Position numbers and translations under genes: made by a program. The notes below the pieces were generated by a model. It searched no databases, was not told where the DNA came from, and worked only from the letters and a program-made list of their open reading frames with translations. From the IMG/VR virus record IMGVR_UViG_3300033069_001465: a stretch of 64,000 bases of DNA, one strand, 5' to 3'. This document shows positions 25,586-35,519 of this stretch, piece after piece. Position 1 is the stretch's first letter. Every line of letters begins with the position of its first letter. Source of the stretch: a virus. Taxonomy: Duplodnaviria > Caudoviricetes.

Positions 25586-27772
25586 TTAAATGCTTCTGAA
25601 TCTTTCCATAATTGCGTTAACTTCACTGTCTGAAAGTCTATCTTCTTGTATTAGGCTTTCGTGAGCGACTAACTTCTTAGTTACAGATTCATTTTTCTTG
25701 AGATTTCTAGTTAACCAGAAATGTTCTACTTTTGATTCAGTATTTAATTCTGGGTATAATCTAGCTTGAGATAAGATAGATTTTCTAGATGCTTCATTTA
25801 GCTGACTCCAGATTGGCTTAATGTTTTCAGGCATCAATCTGACTAATTTTTCTTCAATTGATTCATTCTTAACTGAAAGTGCTTCAGAGATTAATTTTAA
25901 AACATCAGAACTTGAGTAATAACTCTTTTCGTTTATGTAAAGTTTAACTTGTTCTTGCTCATCGTTAGAAAGTTCATAATAACTATCAACTTGAGACTTG
26001 TTTAAGAATTTTAAGAAATTTAAATCGTTTGACTCAGAAACTTTACGTTTTTTAGCTTCTTCGATTAGTTTGTCTATTTGTAAAGATAGGTCGCTATCTG
26101 ATTCTCCATTATATTCAGTATTTTCACCAAATACTCTTTCTTCTTCACCAACTTCTTCATTACCACATTCATCACAATCTTCCTGATTATCTAATTGACC
26201 AGGTAAAACTTCTTCACCAGGTAATTCAGAACCTAAGTCCTGATTAGGTAATCCTTCTTCTTCAACAAATTCTTCTTCACCAGGTAATCCTACTTCGGAA
26301 GTATATTCATCAACCAAAGGAAATTCTTCATCATATTCGTCTTCTTCTTCAGGAAGCAATTCAAATCCTGCTTCGTTAAGTGTTGGGAATGATTCACCAC
26401 TATTTTCGAATACTTTACCACCGTTTAATTTCTCAGAAATCATGCCTGCATAAGTTACAGTTTTGTCTAAGTTTTCAGCGATATATTCAGAATAAGCAAT
26501 GTTATCATCTAAATGTTCTGCAATGTATTCGGAATATGCGATATTTCCTTCTACATGCTCTGCTAAATATTCAGAATAAGCAATTGAGTTATCTAAGTGT
26601 TCAGCTAAATATTCAGAATAAGAAATATTCTTATCAAGATTTTCAGCGATATACTCAGAGTATGCAATGTTCTTATCCAAGTTTTCAGCGATATATTCAG
26701 AATAAGCAATATTCTTATCAAGATTCTCAGCTAAATATTCAGAATAAGTAATGTTTTTGTCGATATTTTCAGCTAAATATTCAGAATAAGTAATGTTTTT
26801 GTCGATATTTTCAGCTAAGTATTCAGAGTAAGTAATGTTCTTATCTAAGCTTTCAGCTAAGTATTCAGAATAATTAATAGCTTTTTCTAAATTTTCAGCT
26901 AAGTAGTCATTGTGACTTACTAATTTTTCAGTAGTTGATTTTAATGATTTGTTTTCATTAACTACAACTTGAACTTTTTCTGCTAAGTAATCTAAATACT
27001 TAACAACTTGCTCGTTAGTTTTGTTTAACTCTTCGTAGTACTCTAAAAGTTGCTCTAATTTTTTCGGATTTAAGTTACCAGTTTTTAAGGCAGATTTAAC
27101 TTCCTTTTTAGTAGATGCAATCTCATTGATTATATACTTAGAATAATCTGTCAATTGATCTTTGGTAACGAATTCATTTTTGTTCATGTTGAATAGTTCG
27201 TTAATTTTTGACTCGTCGGACATTTCATATATCCTAAAGTTAGCGTTGTCTGTGTAACCAAATGACTCATTTACTGATGTCAATCTAGCAGAAGCAAAAC
27301 CTGGGTCAGCTACAATGTCGTAAGTGAATAACTTCTTCAATGTAACTGTTCCATTAGCTTCTGTAATACCAGCAGCTCTTGATGAAACGAACATTGGACA
27401 ACCATCATCTACTAATGCTTTTGCTTCTTTACCCCAATAAGTATTTAATAATCTAATTTGACCATCAACCCTATTGCTCTCCTTAACATAAAATGCTTTT
27501 TGAATAAGGTGAGAAGATCTTGATAATGAAGTATCAAATACATCAGGATGATCGAATTCACCATAAACTACACCCATAGTATTTATTCTTTCGTTTAATT
27601 CATCTAAACATGGAATAAATTTGTCTGCAGTGTAAATTCTTTCATTTCTGTTTTTAACACCAAACTCAGTAAATATACCACCTAACACATAGTCTTTCTT
27701 ACTAGCGCCTTCAGCGTTTTCATTCATACTAAGTGGGGTTGTATTGTTTTCAACAATTAATACTGGTTTCAT
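25586..27772 (-). CDS. gp21: Prohead protease (gp21-like) fused to a scaffold (gp22-like) domain with 14-aa repeats
   Basis: GIF..FGVKNRNERIY, GEFDHP, SSRAAG and YDIVADPGF, followed by a coiled coil with YLDY and the repeats. Confidence 0.88.
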   Translation of the reverse strand: MKPVLIVENNTTPLSMNENAEGASKKDYVLGGIFTEFGVKNRNERIYTADKFIPCLDELNERINTMGVVYGEFDHPDVFDTSLSRSSHLIQKAFYVKESNRVDGQIRLLNTYWGKEAKALVDDGCPMFVSSRAAGITEANGTVTLKKLFTYDIVADPGFASARLTSVNESFGYTDNANFRIYEMSDESKINELFNMNKNEFVTKDQLTDYSKYIINEIASTKKEVKSALKTGNLNPKKLEQLLEYYEELNKTNEQVVKYLDYLAEKVQVVVNENKSLKSTTEKLVSHNDYLAENLEKAINYSEYLAESLDKNITYSEYLAENIDKNITYSEYLAENIDKNITYSEYLAENLDKNIAYSEYIAENLDKNIAYSEYIAENLDKNISYSEYLAEHLDNSIAYSEYLAEHVEGNIAYSEYIAEHLDDNIAYSEYIAENLDKTVTYAGMISEKLNGGKVFENSGESFPTLNEAGFELLPEEEDEYDEEFPLVDEYTSEVGLPGEEEFVEEEGLPNQDLGSELPGEEVLPGQLDNQEDCDECGNEEVGEEERVFGENTEYNGESDSDLSLQIDKLIEEAKKRKVSESNDLNFLKFLNKSQVDSYYELSNDEQEQVKLYINEKSYYSSSDVLKLISEALSVKNESIEEKLVRLMPENIKPIWSQLNEASRKSILSQARLYPELNTESKVEHFWLTRNLKKNESVTKKLVAHESLIQEDRLSDSEVNAIMERFRSI
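26453..26914 (-). repeat. 42-bp tandem repeat (10 copies plus 1 degenerate) encoding YSEY(L/I)AE(N/H)LDKNI(A/T)
   Basis: Visible directly in both DNA and protein. Confidence 0.95.
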
Positions 27773-28000
27773 TTATTTGAATTTATTTTTGTAAAGTATA
27801 TATTCATCTCTAAAAACCTCAAAATTTTAAAGGTGGATTATTTATAGACAAAGGAAAAACTTTACCAAATTTGAATCCTATAATAATCATTAATAATGTA
27901 ATTAAGCTTGAAATTTTCGTAAAAAATGGTGATTTTAATATTTATTAAATTATTTTATAAATAGATACTTTTTTACAGGAACAATTTAAAAACTAAAAAA

Positions 28001-28402
28001 ATGATATTAACAAGAGAAGCTTCCATAAAGATAAACGAGTCCAACTATTCTTATTATGAAGAGTTAGGATACGATGTATCAATTGGTGATAAATTAACAA
28101 TACCAATTGAACTGTTATCAACAGGCAGTCATCAAAAAATAAGTTGCCAATGTGATAAGTGTGGAACTATTAAAGATGTAATTTTTAAAAATTACGTTAA
28201 ATATGGTAATAAATGGGGTGAATACTATTGTCGAAAATGTTCCGAACATAAAAGAAAGAAATCACTGAGCCTTAACTATGGGGTTGATTATCCAATTCAA
28301 AGCAAGGAGATCAAGAAAAAGATACAAAAAACCATGATAGAAAAATGGGGAGTTGACAACCCATCTAAGTCTAAAGAACTTCTAAACAAAAAATATAGGT
28401 AA
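28001..28402 (+). CDS. Zinc-ribbon plus (Y/W)GV-repeat protein, resembling a homing-endonuclease DNA-binding module without a nuclease
   Basis: CDKC...CRKC, NYGVDYP and KWGVDNP. Confidence 0.7.
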   Translation: MILTREASIKINESNYSYYEELGYDVSIGDKLTIPIELLSTGSHQKISCQCDKCGTIKDVIFKNYVKYGNKWGEYYCRKCSEHKRKKSLSLNYGVDYPIQSKEIKKKIQKTMIEKWGVDNPSKSKELLNKKYR

Positions 28403-30148
28403 TTAGAATTCAAACTCACCGCCACCTTGTGCTGGAGGAGGAGTTTCACCGCCACCTTGTGCTGGAGGAGTTTCACCACCGCCTTCTCCACCAAATTCAC
28501 CACCGCCCTCTCCACCAAATTCACCACCGCCTTCTCCACCAAATTCACCGCCTTGAGGTCCACCAAATTCACCACCGCCCTCTCCACCAAATTCACCACC
28601 TTCTCCACCACCTTGTGCGCTTCCAGCCCCTTTAGATTTAATCCAGTATGCTTTATTCTCTTCTTTTTCTTCTGGGGTTAATTTCATGATTTTATCAATT
28701 AGGTATTCAATATGAAAATAAGGTTGACCTTCAGCAGTTTGAATTCCTAGTAGACTTGATAATATAGATGATCTTTTTTCCATATTAGCCAATTTTTTCC
28801 ATTCTTCAAATATTTGATTTGAATTAAATGAAATATCAATTTGATTTAGGAATATTTCATCATCTTTTAATTCAGGAAATTCCATACACATTTGAAGTCT
28901 AAGAGATTTTACAATAAGCTCTTTAAAGTTAGATCTAATTCTATTAATAAAATTAGAAAATTTAACTTCATCTCTAGTCATCTCGGACGCATCTGAAAAA
29001 ACATTACCTCCTCCGTTTTCCTTTTCAAACCTTGAAAAAGGTATTTTAGATGCTCTTTTCAATGCATTGTAAAACCAAGTTAACATATCACTCTCATTTA
29101 AATTATGTCCCTCTGGTGATACTAGCTCCATGTTTGGAGTACCAGCTTCACCTTCAGGAAACCATATTTGCTTATTATAAGGAAGATGTTTTGTACCATT
29201 TATAGTTAATGTTCCTAAGGAATCATCCCATTCTACCTCTTCAGAATAATCTGATATTAGCTGACCAACTTGCTCCTCAGCTCTTTGTCTAGGTAACCCT
29301 TTGATAGGAATAGTGAACTTCTGATAGACAGTAGCATTAATAACGTTGAACATAATTCTAGTTTGCTCAATTATTTTTAACTGATTATAGGGTTTAATTA
29401 ATCCTTCTACATAAGAAGTTTCGGAATAATCATGCTGGGTTGAATAAGATATAAATACTATTTGAGAATCTAAAAATATTCTTCTTAATTGTGGATCTTC
29501 GGGATATTGAATCCAAAGATTACCAATAGATGGTTCATATGCCGGAACTAATGTTTCTGGTCTCATTCTATTGAAGTGAATAATATTCTTTTTCTTATCA
29601 TCCCATACAATTTCTAATGCAACATATCCATCAATTAGAAAATCCTTCATCATATTCCATGATGTTATACCATCGGAGAATCCAAACTTGTTATATATTT
29701 TTTCAAAATATTCTGTATACTTATCTTTAACATCTTGTGAATAATCATTAGATAATGGTTTTAGGAAACAAAAATCTCTATCATCATTATAAATAATAGA
29801 TTCATCAGCCACAGATGAAATGAAATCTCTTATTTCATCTTTGATAGAATATTCTCTTAAAATTCTTCTTTTATCAGAATACGCTCGATCTAAATATGGT
29901 ATAGACTTTCTATTTAATATTTGAGCAACGGCTTTTTGACTAAAGAAATCATACATTGAGTTCCCTTTTTGAGAATAGGGGTCCTCATTCATACCAACAC
30001 CTACAGTATTCCTGATGATCATATCATCATATTTCATTCCAAATGAACTAAGATTTCTTAACAGTCGATTAAACAATCCTTTATTTTCTACTGAAGAAGC
30101 AATATTTGTAGGTTGTTGCTGTTGGTTCAATGAATTGTATGAAGCCAT
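28403..30148 (-). CDS. gp20: Portal protein (T4 gp20-like)
   Basis: KPYNQLKIIE, LP.Q.AE, W.P...G, Y.ALK..KIP.SRF and TRDEVKF..FI.RIR..F. Confidence 0.92.
   Translation of the reverse strand: MASYNSLNQQQQPTNIASSVENKGLFNRLLRNLSSFGMKYDDMIIRNTVGVGMNEDPYSQKGNSMYDFFSQKAVAQILNRKSIPYLDRAYSDKRRILREYSIKDEIRDFISSVADESIIYNDDRDFCFLKPLSNDYSQDVKDKYTEYFEKIYNKFGFSDGITSWNMMKDFLIDGYVALEIVWDDKKKNIIHFNRMRPETLVPAYEPSIGNLWIQYPEDPQLRRIFLDSQIVFISYSTQHDYSETSYVEGLIKPYNQLKIIEQTRIMFNVINATVYQKFTIPIKGLPRQRAEEQVGQLISDYSEEVEWDDSLGTLTINGTKHLPYNKQIWFPEGEAGTPNMELVSPEGHNLNESDMLTWFYNALKRASKIPFSRFEKENGGGNVFSDASEMTRDEVKFSNFINRIRSNFKELIVKSLRLQMCMEFPELKDDEIFLNQIDISFNSNQIFEEWKKLANMEKRSSILSSLLGIQTAEGQPYFHIEYLIDKIMKLTPEEKEENKAYWIKSKGAGSAQGGGEGGEFGGEGGGEFGGPQGGEFGGEGGGEFGGEGGGEFGGEGGGETPPAQGGGETPPPAQGGGEFEF
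28413..28620 (-). repeat. Gly/Glu-rich tandem repeat (GGEGGGEF; GGGETPPAQ) forming the portal C-terminal tail
   Basis: 24-bp units, GC-rich relative to the genome. Confidence 0.9.
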
Positions 30149-30219
30149 TTAAAATTTAAATATTTTTTCATATATATTAAAAAATAGTATATTGTTTATA
30201 TTCTAATATATTAATAAGT

Positions 30220-30912
30220 TTATTGCCCATATTTGTCAAGACTCTTTTGTATCCTTAGTATATGATTTTTTAATACTTTATAGTTATCCAATATATCATC
30301 AGACGCAGTAAAAAAATCATCAATTAATGATTTAGACATTTCTTTATGTCTTTCTCCTTGTTCTCCTATTTTAGCTTCCCATATTTCATATAACTTTTTA
30401 GGATCATATTTATTTATAGGATGTTGTGAGTATAGAAATCTAGGGACCATACTCATAGATATTTTATGTACGGCTTTGACTTGAGCCATATTATATTCAA
30501 CAATAGCATATTCAAATCCATATTTTAGTAATTCGCGATACATACCCTCATATGTTACTTTAAGCAATCTGTCATTTTCAAAATCTTCTTCTATTATAAA
30601 TTTATCAAAAATGGCAGCTCTTACTTCTAATGGTATGAAATTAAAATTAACCCCATGTATAATAATTAGGTTTTCAAATTTTTTAAAATCAATAGTAAAT
30701 ATTGGAGAATATTTCATCCAATTAGAATCATCCATATAATGTAGAAAATAAAACCCACCCAATTGAATTTTACCAATTGGTATATTCATTATATTATCAT
30801 CTGATTTAGAATAGGCATTATAAAAGAACAAAGAATTGTTTTTAAAATTCTCTACTATTCCATCACCGTGGACTAAATTGCTTAATTTTATTCTTTCTAA
30901 CAACTCTGCCAT
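30220..30912 (-). CDS. gp2: DNA end protector-like protein (T4 gp2-like)
   Basis: G.FY...Y...YSPIF...GVNFNFIP...R pattern; next to the portal and gp4 genes. Confidence 0.55.
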   Translation of the reverse strand: MAELLERIKLSNLVHGDGIVENFKNNSLFFYNAYSKSDDNIMNIPIGKIQLGGFYFLHYMDDSNWMKYSPIFTIDFKKFENLIIIHGVNFNFIPLEVRAAIFDKFIIEEDFENDRLLKVTYEGMYRELLKYGFEYAIVEYNMAQVKAVHKISMSMVPRFLYSQHPINKYDPKKLYEIWEAKIGEQGERHKEMSKSLIDDFFTASDDILDNYKVLKNHILRIQKSLDKYGQ

Positions 30913-31337
30913 TAAGTAAATATATTTCTTTTAAATATGTATTCTACTAATTTTAAACCACTTTTATATTCTTTGGACTCATATTTATCAAATTTAATAT
31001 GTGGGTATATATGAGTAATTCTATTTATAAAACTCAACATTATTTTCATAACGGCATTAGTATTAAAATTACTTGAATCTTTAGTAAATGATTCGTCTTC
31101 CGACTTAGCCTGTATTATTATGGAAAATGAATAAGGATCGATGGTAACCGGGATAAAAGATACAATTCGCGCTCTTGTTACTGGATGGTTGTTCATTGAA
31201 CAAACAATCACATCATAGTCATCACTTAACTCTGTTAAATAATCTTCAATATCCTCTATATTAACTTTAAATGTCTTTTGGAACTTTTCCCTTTCGATAA
31301 TAGAAATTGACTCATTAAATTTTTTGAGATACTTCAT
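30912..31337 (-). CDS. Hypothetical protein, MKYLKKFNE tag, IEDYxxEL.D family
   Basis: EDIEDYLTELSDD. Confidence 0.8.
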   Translation of the reverse strand: MKYLKKFNESISIIEREKFQKTFKVNIEDIEDYLTELSDDYDVIVCSMNNHPVTRARIVSFIPVTIDPYSFSIIIQAKSEDESFTKDSSNFNTNAVMKIMLSFINRITHIYPHIKFDKYESKEYKSGLKLVEYIFKRNIFT

Positions 31338-31341
31338 AATA

Positions 31342-31353
31342 TAATATATATTA
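31342..31353. promoter_or_regulatory. Palindromic bidirectional late-type promoter TAATATATATTA
   Basis: Lies between the divergent genes at 31337(-) and 31369(+). Confidence 0.6.
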
Positions 31354-31368
31354 AAAAATTTAAGTGGT

Positions 31369-31878
31369 ATGCTAAATAGTGCCCCCAGACAACCAGGTAA
31401 ATATAAACAAGGTCTTTACACTCCAAAGAATAAAGAAAAACTCATTAAAGCTAATTCATATGGTGGGGTTTTCTACCGATCTGGTTTAGAACATAAGATG
31501 ATGATATATTTAGATTCAAATGAAAGTGTTAAAGTGTGGGGAGCTGAACACTTAAGAATACCATATGAAAAAACTGAATACAATAGTAAGACCAAAGAAA
31601 TGGAAACCACATCACATGGATATTATCCAGATTTTTATTATGAATTAACTAGATCAGATGGATCGGTGTCAAGAGTTGTTGCTGAAGTAAAAGCTTCTAA
31701 TGAAACGGTAGAACCAAAATTACCAATTAAACCAACTGCTAAACAATTGAAAAATTTTGAATATGCTTTGAAAATGTGGAATAAAAACTTATCGAAGTGG
31801 AAATATATGATAGAATATTGTGAGAGAAAGGGATTTGAGTTTATAATAATAACTGAAAAACACCTATCAAAGAATTAA
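31369..31878 (+). CDS. gp4: Head completion nuclease (T4 gp4-like, TnsA-type)
   Basis: YKQG.Y.PKN..K, YRSGLE, W..E...IPY, YYPDF, EVK and N..KW. Confidence 0.88.
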   Translation: MLNSAPRQPGKYKQGLYTPKNKEKLIKANSYGGVFYRSGLEHKMMIYLDSNESVKVWGAEHLRIPYEKTEYNSKTKEMETTSHGYYPDFYYELTRSDGSVSRVVAEVKASNETVEPKLPIKPTAKQLKNFEYALKMWNKNLSKWKYMIEYCERKGFEFIIITEKHLSKN

Positions 31879-32235
31879 ATGTATTCCCTTAAGGAATAGA
31901 TATGATAGCAATCCTATACAAACTAAGCTAGAAATCATATCATATACGTCATTAAATTTTCTTGATTTGAAAAATAGTACTAAAAATTTAATAGAAGAAA
32001 CTATTATTATTAGTAAGAAATAATATGAGAGGCTAGAAAATAATCCTATTATTAGCCATATTAAGTAAAAGACTTTGGTTACATAAAATATGTAATCTGT
32101 CAATTTTGATGTTGATAGATGTCTTTGATTAAATTTAACATAAAGTCTATCTTTAAACCTTAAGTGATAAATTTCTGCCCATATAAATAATATGGGAAAT
32201 AAATAAAAAAGAGTATGTATAAAGTTAGCTAGCAT
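31867..32235 (-). CDS. Small integral membrane protein
   Basis: Three or four hydrophobic segments. Confidence 0.75.
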   Translation of the reverse strand: MLANFIHTLFYLFPILFIWAEIYHLRFKDRLYVKFNQRHLSTSKLTDYIFYVTKVFYLIWLIIGLFSSLSYYFLLIIIVSSIKFLVLFFKSRKFNDVYDMISSLVCIGLLSYLFLKGIHLIL

Positions 32236-32524
32236 CTACTATGATATCTTTTAATTTTATTAGATTGTTCAACTGATATTGTGGTAATCTTATATTTTTT
32301 TCTGATAATACCATATTATAAATATCATCACTTACTACTGTTTCTATAACTGACCCAACGACTCTGTCATACTCATTTGGAACATCTTGTATATCTCTAC
32401 TATCATAAATATCATTAAGATATTTCCTATATGACTCTACATTAATATGTAGTGATGCACCATCTGGTCTAACTCCCCATCCTCTTTCTGATTCTTCCCA
32501 GAATTGTAATAAAACCTTATTCAT
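32225..32524 (-). CDS. Hypothetical protein
   Basis: WEESERGWGVRPDG.SLH motif; AAACTT-N16-TAGAAT upstream. Confidence 0.8.
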   Translation of the reverse strand: MNKVLLQFWEESERGWGVRPDGASLHINVESYRKYLNDIYDSRDIQDVPNEYDRVVGSVIETVVSDDIYNMVLSEKNIRLPQYQLNNLIKLKDIIVDAS

Positions 32525-32566
32525 ATACTCTATTTAAATATTCTATTTAAAAGAATAAATAAAGTT

Positions 32567-32965
32567 TTAAAATCCACCACCATATCTAGTTCCAACTTCA
32601 GCATATACCTCATAATCTGCTATTTGGAAGTAAATAAACATCATATCCTGATAATTTTCAACATCTTGGGCGAATACAACTTTTAATCCATAATTCATAC
32701 TGTCTAATTCAGGTATAAATGTAGATATTTGTTGCCTGATTATTTCTTCAACAAATGATGCGGAAACTCTAGTTTCATACAAAAGTAATACTAGATCGGC
32801 ACCTAAATCTGGCTCACCTAATACTTCACCTTTATTTGTAAATAAGACCATTTCATATTTTTGAATAATGACATTTATAATATCATCCTCTATCAATTGA
32901 CCACTTTTATACTTAGGGTGTCCTTGATATCTTATGTAAAAATCTTTAAAGTCTATCGAGTTCAT
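32567..32965 (-). CDS. gp25: Baseplate wedge / sheath initiator (gp25-like)
   Basis: LFTNKGEVLGEPDLG..L..LLYE...I..QI..FIP. Start moved to ATG 32965. Confidence 0.75.
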   Translation of the reverse strand: MNSIDFKDFYIRYQGHPKYKSGQLIEDDIINVIIQKYEMVLFTNKGEVLGEPDLGADLVLLLYETRVSASFVEEIIRQQISTFIPELDSMNYGLKVVFAQDVENYQDMMFIYFQIADYEVYAEVGTRYGGGF

Positions 32966-32999
32966 ATAAATATATATTAAATAATAATATATACATATT

Positions 33000-33566
33000 A
33001 TGAAGTATCTTAAACGAGTGTTTGAAAACACTACCAATGATGCCGCCCGTATCTTGTTTTTTGATAGATATAAGCAATCTATTTTAAAAAATATTGAAGA
33101 TAATTTTAATATAAATGTATTTGATTTTATAGATGAGTTCATTCATATTGAGGATAGTGGTGTTGATGTTGATATCAAATTCATAATTAATTTTAAAAAC
33201 AGAGATAAATATCCACAAAATAGAAATTTTGATATAGTAAAAAATAGAGGATCGATAAAAAATAATATTTATCAAACTGAACTTATAAATCGAAGAACAA
33301 TGTATGAAAGTCGGTTTGAATATGGATTGACATATTGTGGATACCCAATAGACAAAAATGATATAACTAATAAATTTATTAGTGTTCTTTTTATTAATCA
33401 AAAAAATCCATCAACAAGTATGGGTGATAATTTACATTTTTTGGATAAGTTCAAATATGTTATTTCTGAAATATGTAAAAAATACCAATTAAAAGTTGTT
33501 AAAGAAAATTCAACTATGGAAAAAATTGGATACACATCTTATAATATTTTACTAGATAATATATAA
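33000..33566 (+). CDS. Hypothetical protein, MKYLKRVFE tag
   Basis: Late-type motif at 32985. Confidence 0.8.
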   Translation: MKYLKRVFENTTNDAARILFFDRYKQSILKNIEDNFNINVFDFIDEFIHIEDSGVDVDIKFIINFKNRDKYPQNRNFDIVKNRGSIKNNIYQTELINRRTMYESRFEYGLTYCGYPIDKNDITNKFISVLFINQKNPSTSMGDNLHFLDKFKYVISEICKKYQLKVVKENSTMEKIGYTSYNILLDNI

Positions 33567-33575
33567 ATCATAATT

Positions 33576-34013
33576 ATGAATCATATTCAACTATTTGAGG
33601 AATATTCCAATTACTATAAAAAAATTGGGAGTGATTATGACAGTATAGGTATTGCACCTGACCAGTATACTGAAATATCCGACGATATATTTAATAAAAT
33701 AAAAGTAAAATTATCAGAGAAAAAATTCAATGTTAGTAAGGTAAATATACCATTATCTAATAGATTATTACATCCAGTAGACGTGATTATAGTTGTGAAT
33801 CGAAAAAACGAGGAATCTAATTTTGTATCAGGTAGAATAAAAATGACCACAGATGAATGGTTTTATGTGCAACTAGACTTTGGAACTCTACATGATAATG
33901 GGTCGAATAAATGGCGATATATCAATTTGCGAGAAGCAGATATTTGTGGTATATACAAATGTGACCAATTAGAAGGGTTATCTGGTACGCAGCTTTTCAA
34001 TTTGCCCGTTTAA
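33576..34013 (+). CDS. Hypothetical protein, MNHIQLFEE tag, DEWF/KCDQ family
   Basis: DEWFYV...YKCDQLEG. Confidence 0.8.
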   Translation: MNHIQLFEEYSNYYKKIGSDYDSIGIAPDQYTEISDDIFNKIKVKLSEKKFNVSKVNIPLSNRLLHPVDVIIVVNRKNEESNFVSGRIKMTTDEWFYVQLDFGTLHDNGSNKWRYINLREADICGIYKCDQLEGLSGTQLFNLPV

Positions 34014-34026
34014 GTTGTTTGACGAG

Positions 34027-35001
34027 TTAGAACAATTCTCTTAATCTTCCTATAACCGTCATCCCTAATACAATCGGATCTGTATTTGTTTCTAATAATT
34101 TTGTATGTTCTGCAATAATATAATTTACCTGAAACAATTTATCAATGTTTTCTCTTTTTTCAGAAAATGACCATTGAATAAAATGTTTTCCAAATAGGTT
34201 AATCATTTCATCTATTTTATCTGGACCAAAGTTGTTCATTAAGAAATGATATATATCTTCATAATTTTTAGATTTGTCATAAATAATTGCATATAGATCA
34301 TTTCTCAATTTGAGATTTATATTTGAATTGGAGGATCCTTCTCCAGTTTCTTTAAAATGTTGAAGTTCATTCATCACTGAACGAAAATCTGGGAAATTTT
34401 TATTAATAATTTTTATTAAATCATCCTTTTTAATATTTATCTTTTCTTCTGGAGCAATTACATCCATTATTCTTTTATAGATGGATGTTTTAAGAAATTT
34501 TTCTTCATCAGCATTAATGCAGTCAAAGTTAATTTGTGTTGATCTTGATTTAATACCATCAGATATCTTATTAATGTGATTTGTATTAAATATAAATCGA
34601 ACATTTCGACTAGAATACTCATCTATGTATGCCTTTAAAGCATCTTGATATTGCGGAGATGTTCTTTCAAATTCATCTAAGAAAACATATTTCATAGAAT
34701 CTTGATCGATCATGTAGTCTAAGTCTAACCCCATATAAACTTTAGAACAGAAGTCATCAATTTTGGTCCTTAGAACATCAATTGAGGTATAGAAGGAGCT
34801 ATTTATTTCTAAGAAAGCTTTATCTTTTGAATATCTACCAATGAGTATTCTGGCTAATGTTGTTTTGCCGGTTCCATAATGTCCGTATAAAATAACATTT
34901 TTCTTAATTCCATCCTCAAATATTTTTTGAATTCTTGGTAGAAGAATAACATCTTCAAACTTTTTAGGTCTCCATTTTTCGCTTAGTAACAGTTCTTTCA
35001 T
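34027..35001 (-). CDS. gp44: Clamp loader AAA+ subunit (T4 gp44 / RFC-like)
   Basis: EKWRPK, Walker A GHYGTGKT, INSS, Walker B FLDEFE, SR and FPDFRS. Confidence 0.92.
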   Translation of the reverse strand: MKELLLSEKWRPKKFEDVILLPRIQKIFEDGIKKNVILYGHYGTGKTTLARILIGRYSKDKAFLEINSSFYTSIDVLRTKIDDFCSKVYMGLDLDYMIDQDSMKYVFLDEFERTSPQYQDALKAYIDEYSSRNVRFIFNTNHINKISDGIKSRSTQINFDCINADEEKFLKTSIYKRIMDVIAPEEKINIKKDDLIKIINKNFPDFRSVMNELQHFKETGEGSSNSNINLKLRNDLYAIIYDKSKNYEDIYHFLMNNFGPDKIDEMINLFGKHFIQWSFSEKRENIDKLFQVNYIIAEHTKLLETNTDPIVLGMTVIGRLRELF

Positions 35002-35032
35002 AATTATAAATTGATATAATTATAAATTGATA
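35001..35032. repeat. 16-bp tandem duplication TAATTATAAATTGATA in the clamp-loader leader
   Basis: Exact duplication, 35001-35016 and 35017-35032. Confidence 0.85.
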
Positions 35033-35044
35033 TAGTTTGAAAGT

Positions 35045-35488
35045 TTATTTAAATCGTGATCCACGATATCTACCCCCAATAAATCCACTACCACCATATG
35101 ACTTACTAATTGGATCCTTTATTTCTAAGCTCATAATAGCATCTATAAATTCTTGAGGTGGTTTATACTTATGATCTCGTACATAGTGTGATACTTTACT
35201 TGGGAATTTATAACATTTCCCATTATATTCAATTTTTTTAACTTGTGATCCCATAAGAACACCACATAATTCGCACTGGTGAAACCCTTTATGTCTTTCT
35301 GAAGTATACTCATCTGAACGTTCTACTGCTTCTAGCTTTTTAATAAATTCTTCAGAAACCTCACCAGTCGTAAAGTTTTCTTCACTCCCGATCCATCCGA
35401 CATTTAGGCATTCTTTACCATGTATACGACCATATGCATATGGAGTTAGGTCTTCATAATAAGATTCAAATAATTTTAGATGTTTCAT
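35045..35488 (-). CDS. Hypothetical protein, MKHLKLFE tag, probable metal-binding domain
   Basis: YEDLTPY.Y, LNVGW, H.C..C and HYV.DH.Y.PP.EF. Confidence 0.8.
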   Translation of the reverse strand: MKHLKLFESYYEDLTPYAYGRIHGKECLNVGWIGSEENFTTGEVSEEFIKKLEAVERSDEYTSERHKGFHQCELCGVLMGSQVKKIEYNGKCYKFPSKVSHYVRDHKYKPPQEFIDAIMSLEIKDPISKSYGGSGFIGGRYRGSRFK

Positions 35489-35519
35489 TTTAATATATAT
35501 TAAAATGAAACATCTAAAA
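35474..35519. repeat. 46-bp perfect palindrome spanning two divergent start codons and a shared promoter
   Basis: TTTTAGATGTTTCAT-TTTAATATATATTAAA-ATGAAACATCTAAAA. Confidence 0.9.

Noticed and set aside
26453-26914. 42-bp periodic repeat as a CRISPR array
   Set aside because: No unique spacers; the repeats are in-frame coding units of the protease-scaffold gene, and no cas genes are seen.
28297-28681. ORFs 28297..28611, 28427..28681 and 28429..28635
   Set aside because: Alternative-frame shadows of the portal Gly/Glu repeat.
32966-33142. Extended N-termini given by the ORF track (also at 12061, 15493, 23771, 47418 and 3818)
   Set aside because: They overlap neighbouring genes or promoters; downstream ATGs fit the promoter spacing and domain starts better.
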